DNA from: an uncultured Rikenella sp.
GTDB taxonomy: Bacteria > Bacteroidota > Bacteroidia > Bacteroidales > VadinHA17
Direction: 5' to 3'
Assembly: GCA_964411345.1 (NCBI GenBank)
Contig: CAYPKP010000006.1
Span: forward strand, 25,942 to 88,179
Length of the DNA stretch: 62,238 nt
This document shows, piece after piece, positions 1 to 9,893 of the stretch (the first letter of the stretch is position 1; every line of letters begins with the position of its first letter). The notes beneath the pieces are model-generated. The model was not told where the DNA came from. It did no database searches and was given only the letters and a program-made list of their open reading frames with translations. Made by a program: the position numbers and the translations under genes.

Positions 1-26
1 CCAGGGTTCGAGTCCCTGCAACCCGA
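1..26 (+). tRNA. 3' fragment of a tRNA, probably tRNA-Pro (truncated by window start)
   Basis: T-arm CAGGG-TTCGAGT-CCCTG (2-18), acceptor strand CAACCCG (19-25), discriminator A26. G72/A73 fits Pro identity. Anticodon is outside the window; CCA is not encoded. Confidence 0.7.
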
Positions 27-32
27 TCACGG

Positions 33-60
33 AATACCGCCGATAGATGCGGTATTTTTT
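33..60 (+). terminator. Rho-independent terminator after the tRNA
   Basis: AATACCGC-8nt-GCGGTATT followed by a T run. Confidence 0.75.
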
Positions 61-103
61 CATATATTTATATCAACCTCTTTAAGCAATTAATTCTGAA
101 ATC

Positions 104-988
104 ATGATAAGACCAATCATCCTGTTATTATTAATTCTGACCACTGCAGCCATGTCAGCCCAGGATAACGCACCCGCACTGCCATGCCAGCTCGAAGAGC
201 TCACCTCTCCACAGTTTGCTGAAGCGATGGAGCTTTCGGGAGGAGTATGCATAATTCCTCTCGGCATTATCGAAAAGCATTCCAGGCATCTGCCTCTCGG
301 TACCGATCTCTATGAGGCACGTGCCGCCGTCATCTCGGCAGCCCGAAAAGAGTATGCAGTCGTTTTCCCGCCCTACTATGCAGGACAGATATTCGAGGCG
401 AAGCATCAGCCGGGAACCATTGCCTACAGCAATGACCTGATATGGCAGATGCTGGAGGAGAGCTGCGAGGAGCTGTCACGAAACGGAATGAAAAAGATCA
501 TCCTCTTCAACGGACACGGCGGGAGCACCTATTTCCTGCAATATTTCTGCCAGTCGCAACTGGCAGAGAGAAAGGACTATGTGGTTGTTCTCTTCCAACC
601 GGGAGCCGATCCCGATTATGACAAGGAGATAAACGCGATGAAGAAGGCGAAGCTGGATGGCCATGCCGGAGAGGAGGAGACGGCGATGATGTCATATATC
701 AGGCCTGACCTGGTTCATCCTGATGTCATCGGCCAGGAATCGGGTGCTGACCTCAGAAGGCTGTCGCAGATGCCCAACGCCTTTACAGGCATTCACTGGT
801 ATGCAAGGTATCCCAACCATTTCGCAGGAGACTTCATGGAACCCAACACCAGGCTCGGAGAGCTACTTATTGAAAAGGATGCCGAACAGCTGGCCGCCCT
901 TATACGTTATCTCAAGAACAACAATGACATAGAGCAACTACAGGATGAGTTCTTTGACCTGAGCGAGGCTCCTGTTAAAGCCAGGTGA
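104..988 (+). CDS. Creatininase-family amidohydrolase with Sec signal peptide
   Basis: PLGIIEKHSRHLPLGTD, NGHGG and HAGEEET motifs; hydrophobic N-terminus ending AMSA|Q. Confidence 0.85.
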   Translation: MIRPIILLLLILTTAAMSAQDNAPALPCQLEELTSPQFAEAMELSGGVCIIPLGIIEKHSRHLPLGTDLYEARAAVISAARKEYAVVFPPYYAGQIFEAKHQPGTIAYSNDLIWQMLEESCEELSRNGMKKIILFNGHGGSTYFLQYFCQSQLAERKDYVVVLFQPGADPDYDKEINAMKKAKLDGHAGEEETAMMSYIRPDLVHPDVIGQESGADLRRLSQMPNAFTGIHWYARYPNHFAGDFMEPNTRLGELLIEKDAEQLAALIRYLKNNNDIEQLQDEFFDLSEAPVKAR

Positions 989-1081
989 GAATAAACCTGT
1001 CTGAGCAGGAACCAGGTAAAGATTTTAATCAGACCATTTTTTGCAAGTGCTACTCCACCGGAAAAATAAAAACTCAATCGG

Positions 1082-2035
1082 ATGAAAAGAAGAAGGTTTA
1101 TTGCTGCTGCAGCTGCTGCCGTACCGGCCATCACCCTGTTCCCCGCGGATCTGTCGGGAATATCCAGGCAGACGGTACCGGGAAAGCTTGAGAAAAGATC
1201 CCTTGGCAGGACCGGAGAGATGCTCTCCGTAATAGGGTTCGGAGGGATCGTGGTTATGAATGCGACCCATGCAGAAGCCTCTGAGCGGGTCAGGAAGGCA
1301 ATAGATTCCGGGGTCAACTATTTTGATGTGGCCCCCTCATACGGTGATGCGGAACTAAAGCTGGGTCCTGCTCTTGAACCCTACCGGAAAGATGTTTTCC
1401 TGGCTTGCAAGACCACCATGAGAACAAGGGCCGAAGCCCGGAAGGAGCTGGAACAATCGCTCCAGAACATGCGCACAGATCACTTCGATCTTTACCAGCA
1501 TCATGCGGTGACGGAGCTGAAGGATGTTGACACCCTGCTTGGTCCGGGAGGTGCTATGGAAGCTTTCCTGGAGGCAAGAGAAGCCGGAAAGATACGGTTT
1601 ATAGGGTTCTCGGCACACTCCGTTGAGGCTGCCATGGCTCTGATGGAGAGGTTTGACTTTGACACCATACTCTTTCCGTTCAATTATACCGCTTGGCATG
1701 CCGGCAACTTCGGGCCGCAGGTGATGCAGAAAGCCAGGGAGAAGAACATGGGTATCCTGGCCCTGAAGGCAATGGCAAGAGGCCCGTGGCCTGAGGGTGC
1801 GGACCGGTCGGCCTGGCCCAAATGCTGGTATGAGCCTCTTCATACAGAAGAAGATATTATCATGGGGTTGCGGTTTACCCTCTCGCATCCGGTGACAGCA
1901 GCTATCCCACCGGGAGATGAAACCCTCTTCATGCAGGCACTGGGTCTTGCTGACAGGCTGAAGCCCCTGGACAGTTCAGAGGTGCTCGAAATAAAAGAGA
2001 AGGCCCTCAGGGGAATCCCGCTCTTCAGGGCCTGA
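1082..2035 (+). CDS. Aldo/keto reductase with twin-arginine-like leader
   Basis: LGRTG..LSVIGFGG, YFDVAPSYG, LACKT, DLYQHH, IGFSAHS; N-terminal KRRRFI plus hydrophobic stretch. Confidence 0.9.
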   Translation: MKRRRFIAAAAAAVPAITLFPADLSGISRQTVPGKLEKRSLGRTGEMLSVIGFGGIVVMNATHAEASERVRKAIDSGVNYFDVAPSYGDAELKLGPALEPYRKDVFLACKTTMRTRAEARKELEQSLQNMRTDHFDLYQHHAVTELKDVDTLLGPGGAMEAFLEAREAGKIRFIGFSAHSVEAAMALMERFDFDTILFPFNYTAWHAGNFGPQVMQKAREKNMGILALKAMARGPWPEGADRSAWPKCWYEPLHTEEDIIMGLRFTLSHPVTAAIPPGDETLFMQALGLADRLKPLDSSEVLEIKEKALRGIPLFRA

Positions 2036-2225
2036 GCCATACATGCCGTGGCCGCACCTGGCCGCAATCCGGCCTGGCAAAGCGCCGCCTCACGGTCTCT
2101 TCCTGATCAAAGTTTAACTGACCGTAAGATACGGCTTGCTATTTGACACGATTCTGCCGGTCATCGGTTAAGAAGACCTCAATTTATGATACTGATATGC
2201 CGGTTTGTTGCTGAGTGTCACTCTG

Positions 2226-3287
2226 CTATTTCTGGAAATCGAGTTTGCCCTGCATAGCCTTGCTGAAAAAGATGCCACCGTCGGTCAGCTCATAATTCCA
2301 CGACTTCAGCATCTGCGGCCACCATTCGGGATCGTATATCCAGCACATCCAGCTTATGCCGCGCTCTTCGAGGAATCGGATGATGCGATTGCCATAATCC
2401 TGGTAATCAGGCGATGCCATATCCGTATGCAGCCCGAACTCCGTGGCTACCACAGGCACAAAAGCGGCAGCAAATGCGAAGTTCTCCTCCCACCTGGGCT
2501 CCCACGGCTGACCTCGTTTAAAGGCATAAGGGTGTGTCACATAGCCTATGCCTTCGGCATTTACCGGGTCATCGCGGAGAGGGGAGAGGTCATAGGCCCA
2601 GTCGAGCCCAGCCACCAGCGGTATGGTCTCATTGTCATAAGCCCTTATAAGGCTTATCATCTGCTCATTAAGCTTTTTCCACTCCGTCCAGGGCAGTGAA
2701 CCCAGTTCACCTCTGTAGATGGTGGGCTCATTGAAGAGCTCGTAGAAGGCAACGGTATTATGCCCGGCGAAGTTGCGTGCAATGGTTCTCCAGAATTCGA
2801 AGGTCTCGGTTTTGGTTGTGTTGTACATCGGATCCTGGAAGAGCTCCATCCATAGATTCCCGATGGAATGCCAGTCGATTATCACATACATGCCCAGGTC
2901 GGTGCACCACTCCACCGCTTCCCGCAGAAGTGCAACGTATTCTTCGGGAGTACGTTCGCGCCAGGCAACGGGGTGTACAGGGATGCGGACGATCATGGCG
3001 CCGGTCTTCCTGACCTGCTCGAAATGAGCCTTGCTCCAGTGTCCCTGCCGTTCGATCTTGTCGGGGTCGGAGATCGACACTCCGCGGAACAGCACATTCT
3101 CTCCGTCCGGAGTGACGAATTTGTTGCCCTGCACCTTTATCAGGGGGAGGTTCTTTGCCTTCGGGTCAGGATCCGGACGTGACGTCGGGTCACCGAAATA
3201 CCATGGTTTGGCGTCCTGGGCGGCCAGAACCGTTGATGCAATGAATGTTATAAGCAGAAAAACAGGGAAAAGCAGTTTTGTTTTCAT
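2226..3287 (-). CDS. Glycoside hydrolase family 5 (cellulase family), exported
   Basis: VRIPVHP, IDWH, YELFNEP (acid/base), VATEFG (nucleophile); signal peptide VLAA|Q. Confidence 0.9.
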   Translation of the reverse strand: MKTKLLFPVFLLITFIASTVLAAQDAKPWYFGDPTSRPDPDPKAKNLPLIKVQGNKFVTPDGENVLFRGVSISDPDKIERQGHWSKAHFEQVRKTGAMIVRIPVHPVAWRERTPEEYVALLREAVEWCTDLGMYVIIDWHSIGNLWMELFQDPMYNTTKTETFEFWRTIARNFAGHNTVAFYELFNEPTIYRGELGSLPWTEWKKLNEQMISLIRAYDNETIPLVAGLDWAYDLSPLRDDPVNAEGIGYVTHPYAFKRGQPWEPRWEENFAFAAAFVPVVATEFGLHTDMASPDYQDYGNRIIRFLEERGISWMCWIYDPEWWPQMLKSWNYELTDGGIFFSKAMQGKLDFQK

Positions 3288-3437
3288 CTTGTTATCTGGT
3301 GTTGTTGATACATCAGTGAATTACAGGATATGAAAATAGCAAATCCGCTATTGCAATCAAAATGCCCGGCTAAAGGAACAAGCACCTTAAAACAAAAATC
3401 AACCGTCAGTGTTATCCTTATAACGCAATATAAAGTC

Positions 3438-4451
3438 ATGAAAAACATTAAGATCGCTTTTTTTGATGCCAAACCTTATGATATCGAATCATTCAACGAG
3501 GTTAATCTTGCTTACGGTTTTACAGTCAAATATTTCAAATTCCATCTGACCTCTGACAACGTTGTGCTTGCGCAGGGGTATGATGCGGTGGTCATCTTTG
3601 TGAATGACACCGTTGACTCCGGAATGATCATGAAGCTTAAGGAATACGGTGTGAAGCTCATAGCCCTCCGTTCGGCAGGATTCAACAACGTCGACCTTAA
3701 AGCGGCGCTGAACAATATCACTGTCGCACGGGTGCCTGCATATTCGCCCCACGCCATTGCGGAGCATACAGTGGCACTCATGCTGACGCTGAACCGTAAG
3801 GTTCACAGGGCATACTTCCGTACAAGGGATACCAACTTTGCCCTGAACGGGCTCCTGGGCTTTGATATGTATGGCAAGAGTGCAGGTGTGATAGGCACCG
3901 GAAGGATTGGAAGGGCGCTGGTAAAGATCCTGCGGGGGTTCGGTATGGAGGTGCTGCTCACCGACAACTACCCGGACGCCTCTTTTGCTGCGGAGACTGA
4001 AAGCAGTTATGTAAGCCTGGAGGAGCTTTACAGGAGGTCAGATATAATTTCGCTCAACTGCCCGCTGACGAAGGAAACTGAGTACATGATCAACACCTCG
4101 TCAATTGGCATGATGAAGAGAGGAGTGATGCTCATCAATACCGGTCGCGGCAAGCTGATCAGGACTGCCGACCTGATAGAGGGGCTAAAGAGCGGGCAGA
4201 TAGGGTCTGCCGGGCTTGATGTCTACGAGGAGGAGAGCCAGTTCTTCTTCGAGGATCTCTCCGACAGGGTGCTGGCTGATGATGTGCTGGCGCGGCTTCT
4301 GACATTCAACAATGTGATAATCACCTCGCACCAGGGCTTCTTCACCCGCGAGGCCATCCGCAACATCGCAGAGACCACACTTAAGAACATTGATGATTTC
4401 TTCGCAGGTCGCAAGCTGTTAAACGAGGTCTGCTACAACTGCCCTAACTGA
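3438..4451 (+). CDS. ldhA: D-lactate / D-2-hydroxyacid dehydrogenase (NAD-dependent)
   Basis: RSAGFNNVD, RVPAYSP, GTGRIG, NTGRG, DVYEEE, TSHQG. Start moved from 3330 to the ATG at 3438 (MKNIKIAFFD). Confidence 0.9.
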   Translation: MKNIKIAFFDAKPYDIESFNEVNLAYGFTVKYFKFHLTSDNVVLAQGYDAVVIFVNDTVDSGMIMKLKEYGVKLIALRSAGFNNVDLKAALNNITVARVPAYSPHAIAEHTVALMLTLNRKVHRAYFRTRDTNFALNGLLGFDMYGKSAGVIGTGRIGRALVKILRGFGMEVLLTDNYPDASFAAETESSYVSLEELYRRSDIISLNCPLTKETEYMINTSSIGMMKRGVMLINTGRGKLIRTADLIEGLKSGQIGSAGLDVYEEESQFFFEDLSDRVLADDVLARLLTFNNVIITSHQGFFTREAIRNIAETTLKNIDDFFAGRKLLNEVCYNCPN

Positions 4452-4563
4452 TCCGACTGGCAGAGGTGATGCTGTGCCGTCTGCGATGGGTCAGTATCCG
4501 GACAGACATTGGAAGAGACGCCTCGCCTCAGAAGTTCCCCCTTATATCGTTTAGCAAAACAAC

Positions 4564-4596
4564 AGAGGGGGTCACGCTGTCAACGTGTCCCCCTCT
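4564..4596. terminator. Likely bidirectional terminator hairpin between convergent ldhA and sod
   Basis: AGAGGGGGTCACG-7nt-CGTGTCCCCCTCT, 13-bp stem with one mismatch. Confidence 0.65.
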
Positions 4597-4623
4597 TTAA
4601 TCAATCGTCTTACCAGGTAACTG

Positions 4624-5307
4624 CTACTTCACGGCTTCCTTGTAGAGCTCAGCCACCTTGTTCCAGTTTACCACGTTCCAGAAGTTGCCTGCATATTCAG
4701 CCCTGCGGTTCTGATACTTCAGATAGTAAGCATGCTCCCACACATCGAGCCCGAGGATCGGTGTGCCGCGCTTGGCAGCCACGTCCATAAGCGGATTATC
4801 CTGGTTTGGGGTCTGGGAGATGAAGAGTTTGCCGTCTGCATCAACTGCCAGCCATGCCCATCCGCTTCCGAACTGTGTCTTGGCGGCATTTTCGAATTCG
4901 GCTTTGAACCTGTCAAATGATCCGAAGGTTTTGTTTATCGCATCCATCAGGGCGCCCTCAGGCTGTCCGCCTGCATCGGGGCCCATCACCTGCCAGAAAA
5001 GCATATGGTTAAAATATCCGCCTCCGTTGTTTCGGATAGCTGCCGGAAATGAACTCACCTTTGCAAAAATGTCTTCCAGCGAAAGATGATCAATCTTGTT
5101 TTCCGTTGCTGCCTTTACAAAGTTGTCGAAATATGCCCGGTGATGCTTTGTATAATGAATCTCCATCGTCTGGGCGTCAATGTAGGGCTCCAGCGCACTG
5201 TATCCGTACGGGAGCTCCGGGAATGTGTATCCTTGTGCCATAGTTCTGTTGTTTACTGTTATGAGACTGAAAATTAAAGTGATTAATAAAAGCGCTTTTG
5301 TTTTCAT
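4624..5307 (-). CDS. sodA: Mn-type superoxide dismutase with signal peptide
   Basis: [36 protein letters not shown]; leader ending TMA|Q. Confidence 0.9.
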   Translation of the reverse strand: MKTKALLLITLIFSLITVNNRTMAQGYTFPELPYGYSALEPYIDAQTMEIHYTKHHRAYFDNFVKAATENKIDHLSLEDIFAKVSSFPAAIRNNGGGYFNHMLFWQVMGPDAGGQPEGALMDAINKTFGSFDRFKAEFENAAKTQFGSGWAWLAVDADGKLFISQTPNQDNPLMDVAAKRGTPILGLDVWEHAYYLKYQNRRAEYAGNFWNVVNWNKVAELYKEAVK

Positions 5308-5346
5308 TGTTTTGTTGTTTTATTTGATAAACATTGTCATTGAAGA

Positions 5347-5377
5347 TTTGTTCACAACCTCACTTTTAATAAATTTG
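5347..5377 (+). promoter_or_regulatory. Bacteroidota sigma-A promoter (-33 TTTG / -7 TAnnTTTG)
   Basis: TTTG (5347-50), 19-nt spacer, TAAATTTG (5370-77), 55 nt upstream of ATG 5433. Confidence 0.65.
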
Positions 5378-5432
5378 AAAAGATTTAGACAGCCTGATAA
5401 GGTAAAGTTACGAAATACTAAAAACTAATATC

Positions 5433-6272
5433 ATGAAATGGCAGGGACGTCGCGGCAGTGACAACATTGAAGACCGCAGGGGCATGAGTACCGGCACCAA
5501 AGTCGTTGGCGGAGGTATTGGCACGCTGGTGATTGTATTGCTGGTAATGCTTCTGGGAGGTGATCCGCAGAGTGTTATTGAGCAGATGGACCCCGGCATG
5601 GCCACCGGTCCTTATGAATCTTCAGAGGCTGAAGACCAGATGGCGCAGTTTGTCTCAGTGGTGCTGGCTGATGTTGAGGATGTCTGGGCTGAGATCTTCA
5701 GGCAGTCCGGGGCTACTTACCGCGAACCCACGCTGGTGCTTTTCCGTGACCAGGTGCAGTCGGCCTGCGGATACGCCACCGCCGCCAGCGGACCTTTTTA
5801 CTGTCCCGCTGACATGAAGATATACATAGACCTGAGTTTCTGTGATGATCTGGCAAACAAATACGGTGCACAGGGTGATTTTGCCATCGCCTACGTTATT
5901 GCTCACGAGGTGGGGCATCACGTACAGAATCTTCTCGGCATTCTGGATGAGGTCTCCAGGGAGCGCCAGCGTCTGAGCGAGGTGAGGGCCAACCAGCTTA
6001 CCGTCAGGCTCGAGCTGCAGGCCGACTTCTTTGCAGGTGTATGGGCACACCATGCCAGCAGGATGTTCAACAGCCTCGAGGAGGGAGACATAGAAGAGGC
6101 ACTCAACGCCGCGGCCTCCATCGGTGATGACGTTCTGCAGAAAAAATACCAGGGCCGGGTGATTCCCGACACCTTCACCCACGGCACTGCCGCCCAGCGT
6201 TCAAGCTGGCTCCGCAAGGGATGGGTGACAGGTGATGTTTCCCAGGGGGACACCTTTTCAGCCGCCATTTAA
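5433..6272 (+). CDS. Neutral zinc metallopeptidase (YpfJ family)
   Basis: MKWQGRRGSDNIEDRRG, SGPFYCPAD, AHEVGHHVQ, ELQADFFAG, FTHGTAAQR. Confidence 0.9.
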   Translation: MKWQGRRGSDNIEDRRGMSTGTKVVGGGIGTLVIVLLVMLLGGDPQSVIEQMDPGMATGPYESSEAEDQMAQFVSVVLADVEDVWAEIFRQSGATYREPTLVLFRDQVQSACGYATAASGPFYCPADMKIYIDLSFCDDLANKYGAQGDFAIAYVIAHEVGHHVQNLLGILDEVSRERQRLSEVRANQLTVRLELQADFFAGVWAHHASRMFNSLEEGDIEEALNAAASIGDDVLQKKYQGRVIPDTFTHGTAAQRSSWLRKGWVTGDVSQGDTFSAAI

Positions 6273-6395
6273 GTTGCGTCGAACCACCTCAATGAATAGT
6301 GGCTGAACCTTTAGTCCGGGATCAGACACCTTCAGACTTAACGTTAAACTATGCTCTGCTTCTTCTACCCGGAAGGAAAGAGCTAATCTTTTCTG

Positions 6396-8225
6396 ATGAA
6401 AATTATCTGGAAGTATCTCAAACCGTTCAAGGGCCTGCTGTTTCTTTCGATGGGTCTCGCAGCCATATCGCAGGTTCTTGAGCTTATCGACCCCATCATC
6501 TTTGGGAAGATTATTGACCTCTATGCTGTAAACACCGACGGCCGGACAGAAAGTGAGCTTATCACAGGTGCCCTCAGGTTGCTGGCCCTTGCCGTAGGCA
6601 TAGCCCTTGCCGCAAGGCTCGCACGGGCTTTTAAAGAGTATGTCACCCGGCTGGTAGTCCAGAAATTTGGCTTGTCGGTATTCGATGAGGGCCTGAAGCA
6701 CACGCTGAGGCTGCCATATCACGAATTCGAGGAGACCAGCAGCGGTCACGTGCTCTCTGTACTGCAGAAAGTCAGAAATGATAACGAGAGGTTTATAACA
6801 TCTTTCATCTCCACCCTCTTTACCACCTTCGTTGGCATTGCATTCCTGATATGGTATTCAGTCACTAAAAGCTGGATGCTGATACCTGTTTTTCTGATTG
6901 GAGTCGTGGTTCTTGGAGGGATGACCGGACTTCTGAGCAGCAAGATCAAAACGATACAACGCTCCGTCGTTCGGGAAACCAACAAGATGGGTGGCTCAAT
7001 AACGGAATCGCTGAGGAATATCGAACTGGTCAAGAGCCTGGGACTGACCTACCCGGAGATCAGGAGGCTGAAGGGATTCACCAGGAATATTTTCGACCTG
7101 GAGATAAGCAAGGTTAAGAAGATCCGTACACTTACCTTTCTTCAGAGTTCAGTATTGCTATTACTGAAAGAATCCATTCTTTTCATACTGCTGTGGCTTA
7201 TATTCCGCGATTTGCTTACCACAGGCGAACTGATATCCATGCAATTCATCTCCACCCGGATCCTCTTCCCTTTGCAGGACCTCGGAAGTATTATCCTTGC
7301 ATACCGTGAAGCTGAGGCCTCGCTGCAGATCTTCGGCGACCTCATGAAGAAGGAGCCTGAGTACCGGCCGGAAGAACCCGTCGAAATAGGAGATATTGAA
7401 AACCTCAGCTTTGACCGGGTAACATTCCGTTATAAAAACGCCGTTACTGATGCCATTGAGGACCTCTCATTCAGTGCCCGCAGAGGCGATTCCATAGCCT
7501 TCGTAGGACCGTCAGGCTGCGGCAAGTCGACGCTGGTGAAGCTTCTGGTAGGACTATATACTCCGACAGAAGGCACCATCTTTTATGACGGAGTACCTGC
7601 CCGGGATATAAGGTACAACAGGATGCGCCGGCAGCTGGGATTTGTGACGCAGGACACGCAGCTCTTTTCGGGCACCATCAGGGAGAACCTTCAGTTTGTC
7701 AAGCCGGATGCAACGGATGAGGAGATCTGTGAAGCATTGAGGAGAGCATCGGCCCTGAAGCTGGTGGAGAGCTCCCCGAACGGTCTTGACACCCTTCTCG
7801 GCGAGGGAGGTAAGATGGTCTCGGGAGGTGAGAAGCAACGGTTGGCCATCGCCAGGGCGCTGATCCGCAATCCCCGTATCCTGATCTTTGACGAGGCCAC
7901 TTCGGCGCTCGATTCCATTACAGAGGAGGAGATCACCGGTACACTGAGAGAGGTGTCAGCCGGAAAACAGCAGATCACCCTGCTGATAGCTCACCGGCTC
8001 TCCACCATCATGCATGCTGACCGCATTTATGTCCTGGAAAAGGGAAAGATAATCGAGGAGGGGACTCATGATATCCTGCTGAGCAAAAAGGGCCTCTACT
8101 ATGCCATGTGGAGGCAGCAGATAGGGGAGAGGATCACTGTTCCGGCAGCCGCCCCCGGGAGGGAAAATTTTGTCACGGAGAAATTTACAGACGGGCTGCA
8201 GGATTTTGACGGCCGCGGTCAATGA
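6396..8225 (+). CDS. ABC exporter, fused permease/ATPase
   Basis: Six-TM N-domain; Walker A GPSGCGKS, signature VSGGEKQ, Walker B ILIFDEATS. Confidence 0.92.
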   Translation: MKIIWKYLKPFKGLLFLSMGLAAISQVLELIDPIIFGKIIDLYAVNTDGRTESELITGALRLLALAVGIALAARLARAFKEYVTRLVVQKFGLSVFDEGLKHTLRLPYHEFEETSSGHVLSVLQKVRNDNERFITSFISTLFTTFVGIAFLIWYSVTKSWMLIPVFLIGVVVLGGMTGLLSSKIKTIQRSVVRETNKMGGSITESLRNIELVKSLGLTYPEIRRLKGFTRNIFDLEISKVKKIRTLTFLQSSVLLLLKESILFILLWLIFRDLLTTGELISMQFISTRILFPLQDLGSIILAYREAEASLQIFGDLMKKEPEYRPEEPVEIGDIENLSFDRVTFRYKNAVTDAIEDLSFSARRGDSIAFVGPSGCGKSTLVKLLVGLYTPTEGTIFYDGVPARDIRYNRMRRQLGFVTQDTQLFSGTIRENLQFVKPDATDEEICEALRRASALKLVESSPNGLDTLLGEGGKMVSGGEKQRLAIARALIRNPRILIFDEATSALDSITEEEITGTLREVSAGKQQITLLIAHRLSTIMHADRIYVLEKGKIIEEGTHDILLSKKGLYYAMWRQQIGERITVPAAAPGRENFVTEKFTDGLQDFDGRGQ

Positions 8226-8248
8226 GCCTCCCGCTGCCGGGGCGGTGA

Positions 8249-9571
8249 TCAGTTCTTCATGCTCACAGGTTGCCCGGTAGCTTCAAGGACATTCCACCAG
8301 AGCTCACCGCCGATATCTATCTTTTTTCGTTTTGCCACTGTGACAGGGATAGGTACAAGTGTAAACCTGTCATTCCAGAATCCCGCCACGAAATCAGTCT
8401 TGCCGGCCATGGCGGCATGGACGGCATTCTGTGCCAGCAGGCTGCAGAACTTGCTGTCGTTGGCGATGGCAGGTGCACTGCGGATAATATAGCTCGGGTC
8501 AATATATTTTATTGAATGGGGGAAGCCTGCAGCCGTGAATTCCTCCTTTATCTTCTGCTTGAGAAAGACGCCTATGTCCCTGAACCTGAGATTACCGGAA
8601 GCATCTTTCTCATTGTTCTCCTGACCGAACAGATCCTGACCAGCCCCCTCGGCCACAACCACCACTGCATGATGCCTCTCCTCCAGCCGTTTTCGCAGCA
8701 CACTCAGGAATCCCATAGGACCATGCAGGTCAAAGGGAAGCTCAGGCACCAGGACGAAATTAACCTCCTGGATGGCCAGCGCAGCACTGGCGGCTATAAA
8801 TCCCGACTCCCGGCCCATCAGCTTGACCAGGGCTATGCCGTTATAGGCCCCGGCAGCTTCATTGTGGGCGTGCCTGATGACATCATTGGCGATTGAGAAG
8901 GCCGTCTCAAATCCGAATGACTTCTGTATCAGGTCGATATCATTGTCAATTGTCTTCGGGATGCCTGCCACGGCTATCTTCAGCTTCCTCTTTTTTATCT
9001 CCTCATGTATGGCATGAGCTCCGCGCAGGGTGCCGTCACCGCCTATGCAGAAGAGGATGTTGAGGTTCATTATCTCTATGGTGTCTACCATCTTGCTAAC
9101 CTCCTGGTGACCGCGCGAGGTGCCGAGGATGGTCCCGCCGGTGAGGTGGATATAGTTTACCAGAGAAGGTGTAAGTTCAATCACCGGATGGTTGTAGTCG
9201 CAGTTAAGACCTTCATAGCCATAACGTATCCCTACTATCCTGTTTACCCCGTACCTGTAGTAGAGCTGGTTGAAGAGACTGCGGATGACGTTGTTCAGCC
9301 CGGGACACAGACCGCCGCAGGTGACAATGCCAACCTTTGTCTTGGCCGGTTCGAAGAAGATCTTCTCCTTCGGTCCGGCCTTCTCAAACGAAATGGGTGT
9401 CTGGTCGTTCCCGCGGTACCTGTTGAAGCTCTCCAGGGAGACATCGTAGAGAACCCTCTCGTCCTCGCCGACGAATTTATATACCGGGCTTCCGGGCTTC
9501 CGGTTCTGCTTCAGGGGAGAGGTCACATTGCCCCTGCCGAGGGTGGAAACGATGAAATCTTCGTATTTCAT
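8249..9571 (-). CDS. pfkA: ATP-dependent 6-phosphofructokinase (long, group X-like)
   Basis: TCGGLCPGLN, GGTILGTSRG, GGDGT, PKTIDND, LMGRESG, YIDPSYIIRS. Confidence 0.9.
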   Translation of the reverse strand: MKYEDFIVSTLGRGNVTSPLKQNRKPGSPVYKFVGEDERVLYDVSLESFNRYRGNDQTPISFEKAGPKEKIFFEPAKTKVGIVTCGGLCPGLNNVIRSLFNQLYYRYGVNRIVGIRYGYEGLNCDYNHPVIELTPSLVNYIHLTGGTILGTSRGHQEVSKMVDTIEIMNLNILFCIGGDGTLRGAHAIHEEIKKRKLKIAVAGIPKTIDNDIDLIQKSFGFETAFSIANDVIRHAHNEAAGAYNGIALVKLMGRESGFIAASAALAIQEVNFVLVPELPFDLHGPMGFLSVLRKRLEERHHAVVVVAEGAGQDLFGQENNEKDASGNLRFRDIGVFLKQKIKEEFTAAGFPHSIKYIDPSYIIRSAPAIANDSKFCSLLAQNAVHAAMAGKTDFVAGFWNDRFTLVPIPVTVAKRKKIDIGGELWWNVLEATGQPVSMKN

Positions 9572-9630
9572 GGCTGTCTGGAAAAATCGGATTTATTGAC
9601 CGGCAGCTTGTCAGAGTCTGCAGGCAACCT

Positions 9631-9638
9631 CAAATATA
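9631..9638 (-). promoter_or_regulatory. -7 element (TATATTTG) upstream of pfkA
   Basis: CAAATATA on + strand, 60 nt upstream of the start; no clear -33. Confidence 0.4.
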
Positions 9639-9893
9639 GTGAAATTTCCCGACGGCAGGGGCGGAACGCTCCGGCTGCATTGCAGGCACAAGAGGCGCTG
9701 ATGCCGGGTTTTTGCGAAAATATTCTGCCGCATCAGGGATAATTGACCGTCGACTCATTCATCAATCATTGCCCCGTCCGTAAAATTTGATATTTTTCGA
9801 CGCGAAACCCGGAGCTCTGTCACCCCCGTTATGAATGACGATCCGGAAGTGAGAAATGGCAGTAATTGAAACAATAGATCAAACGGCTATTGC

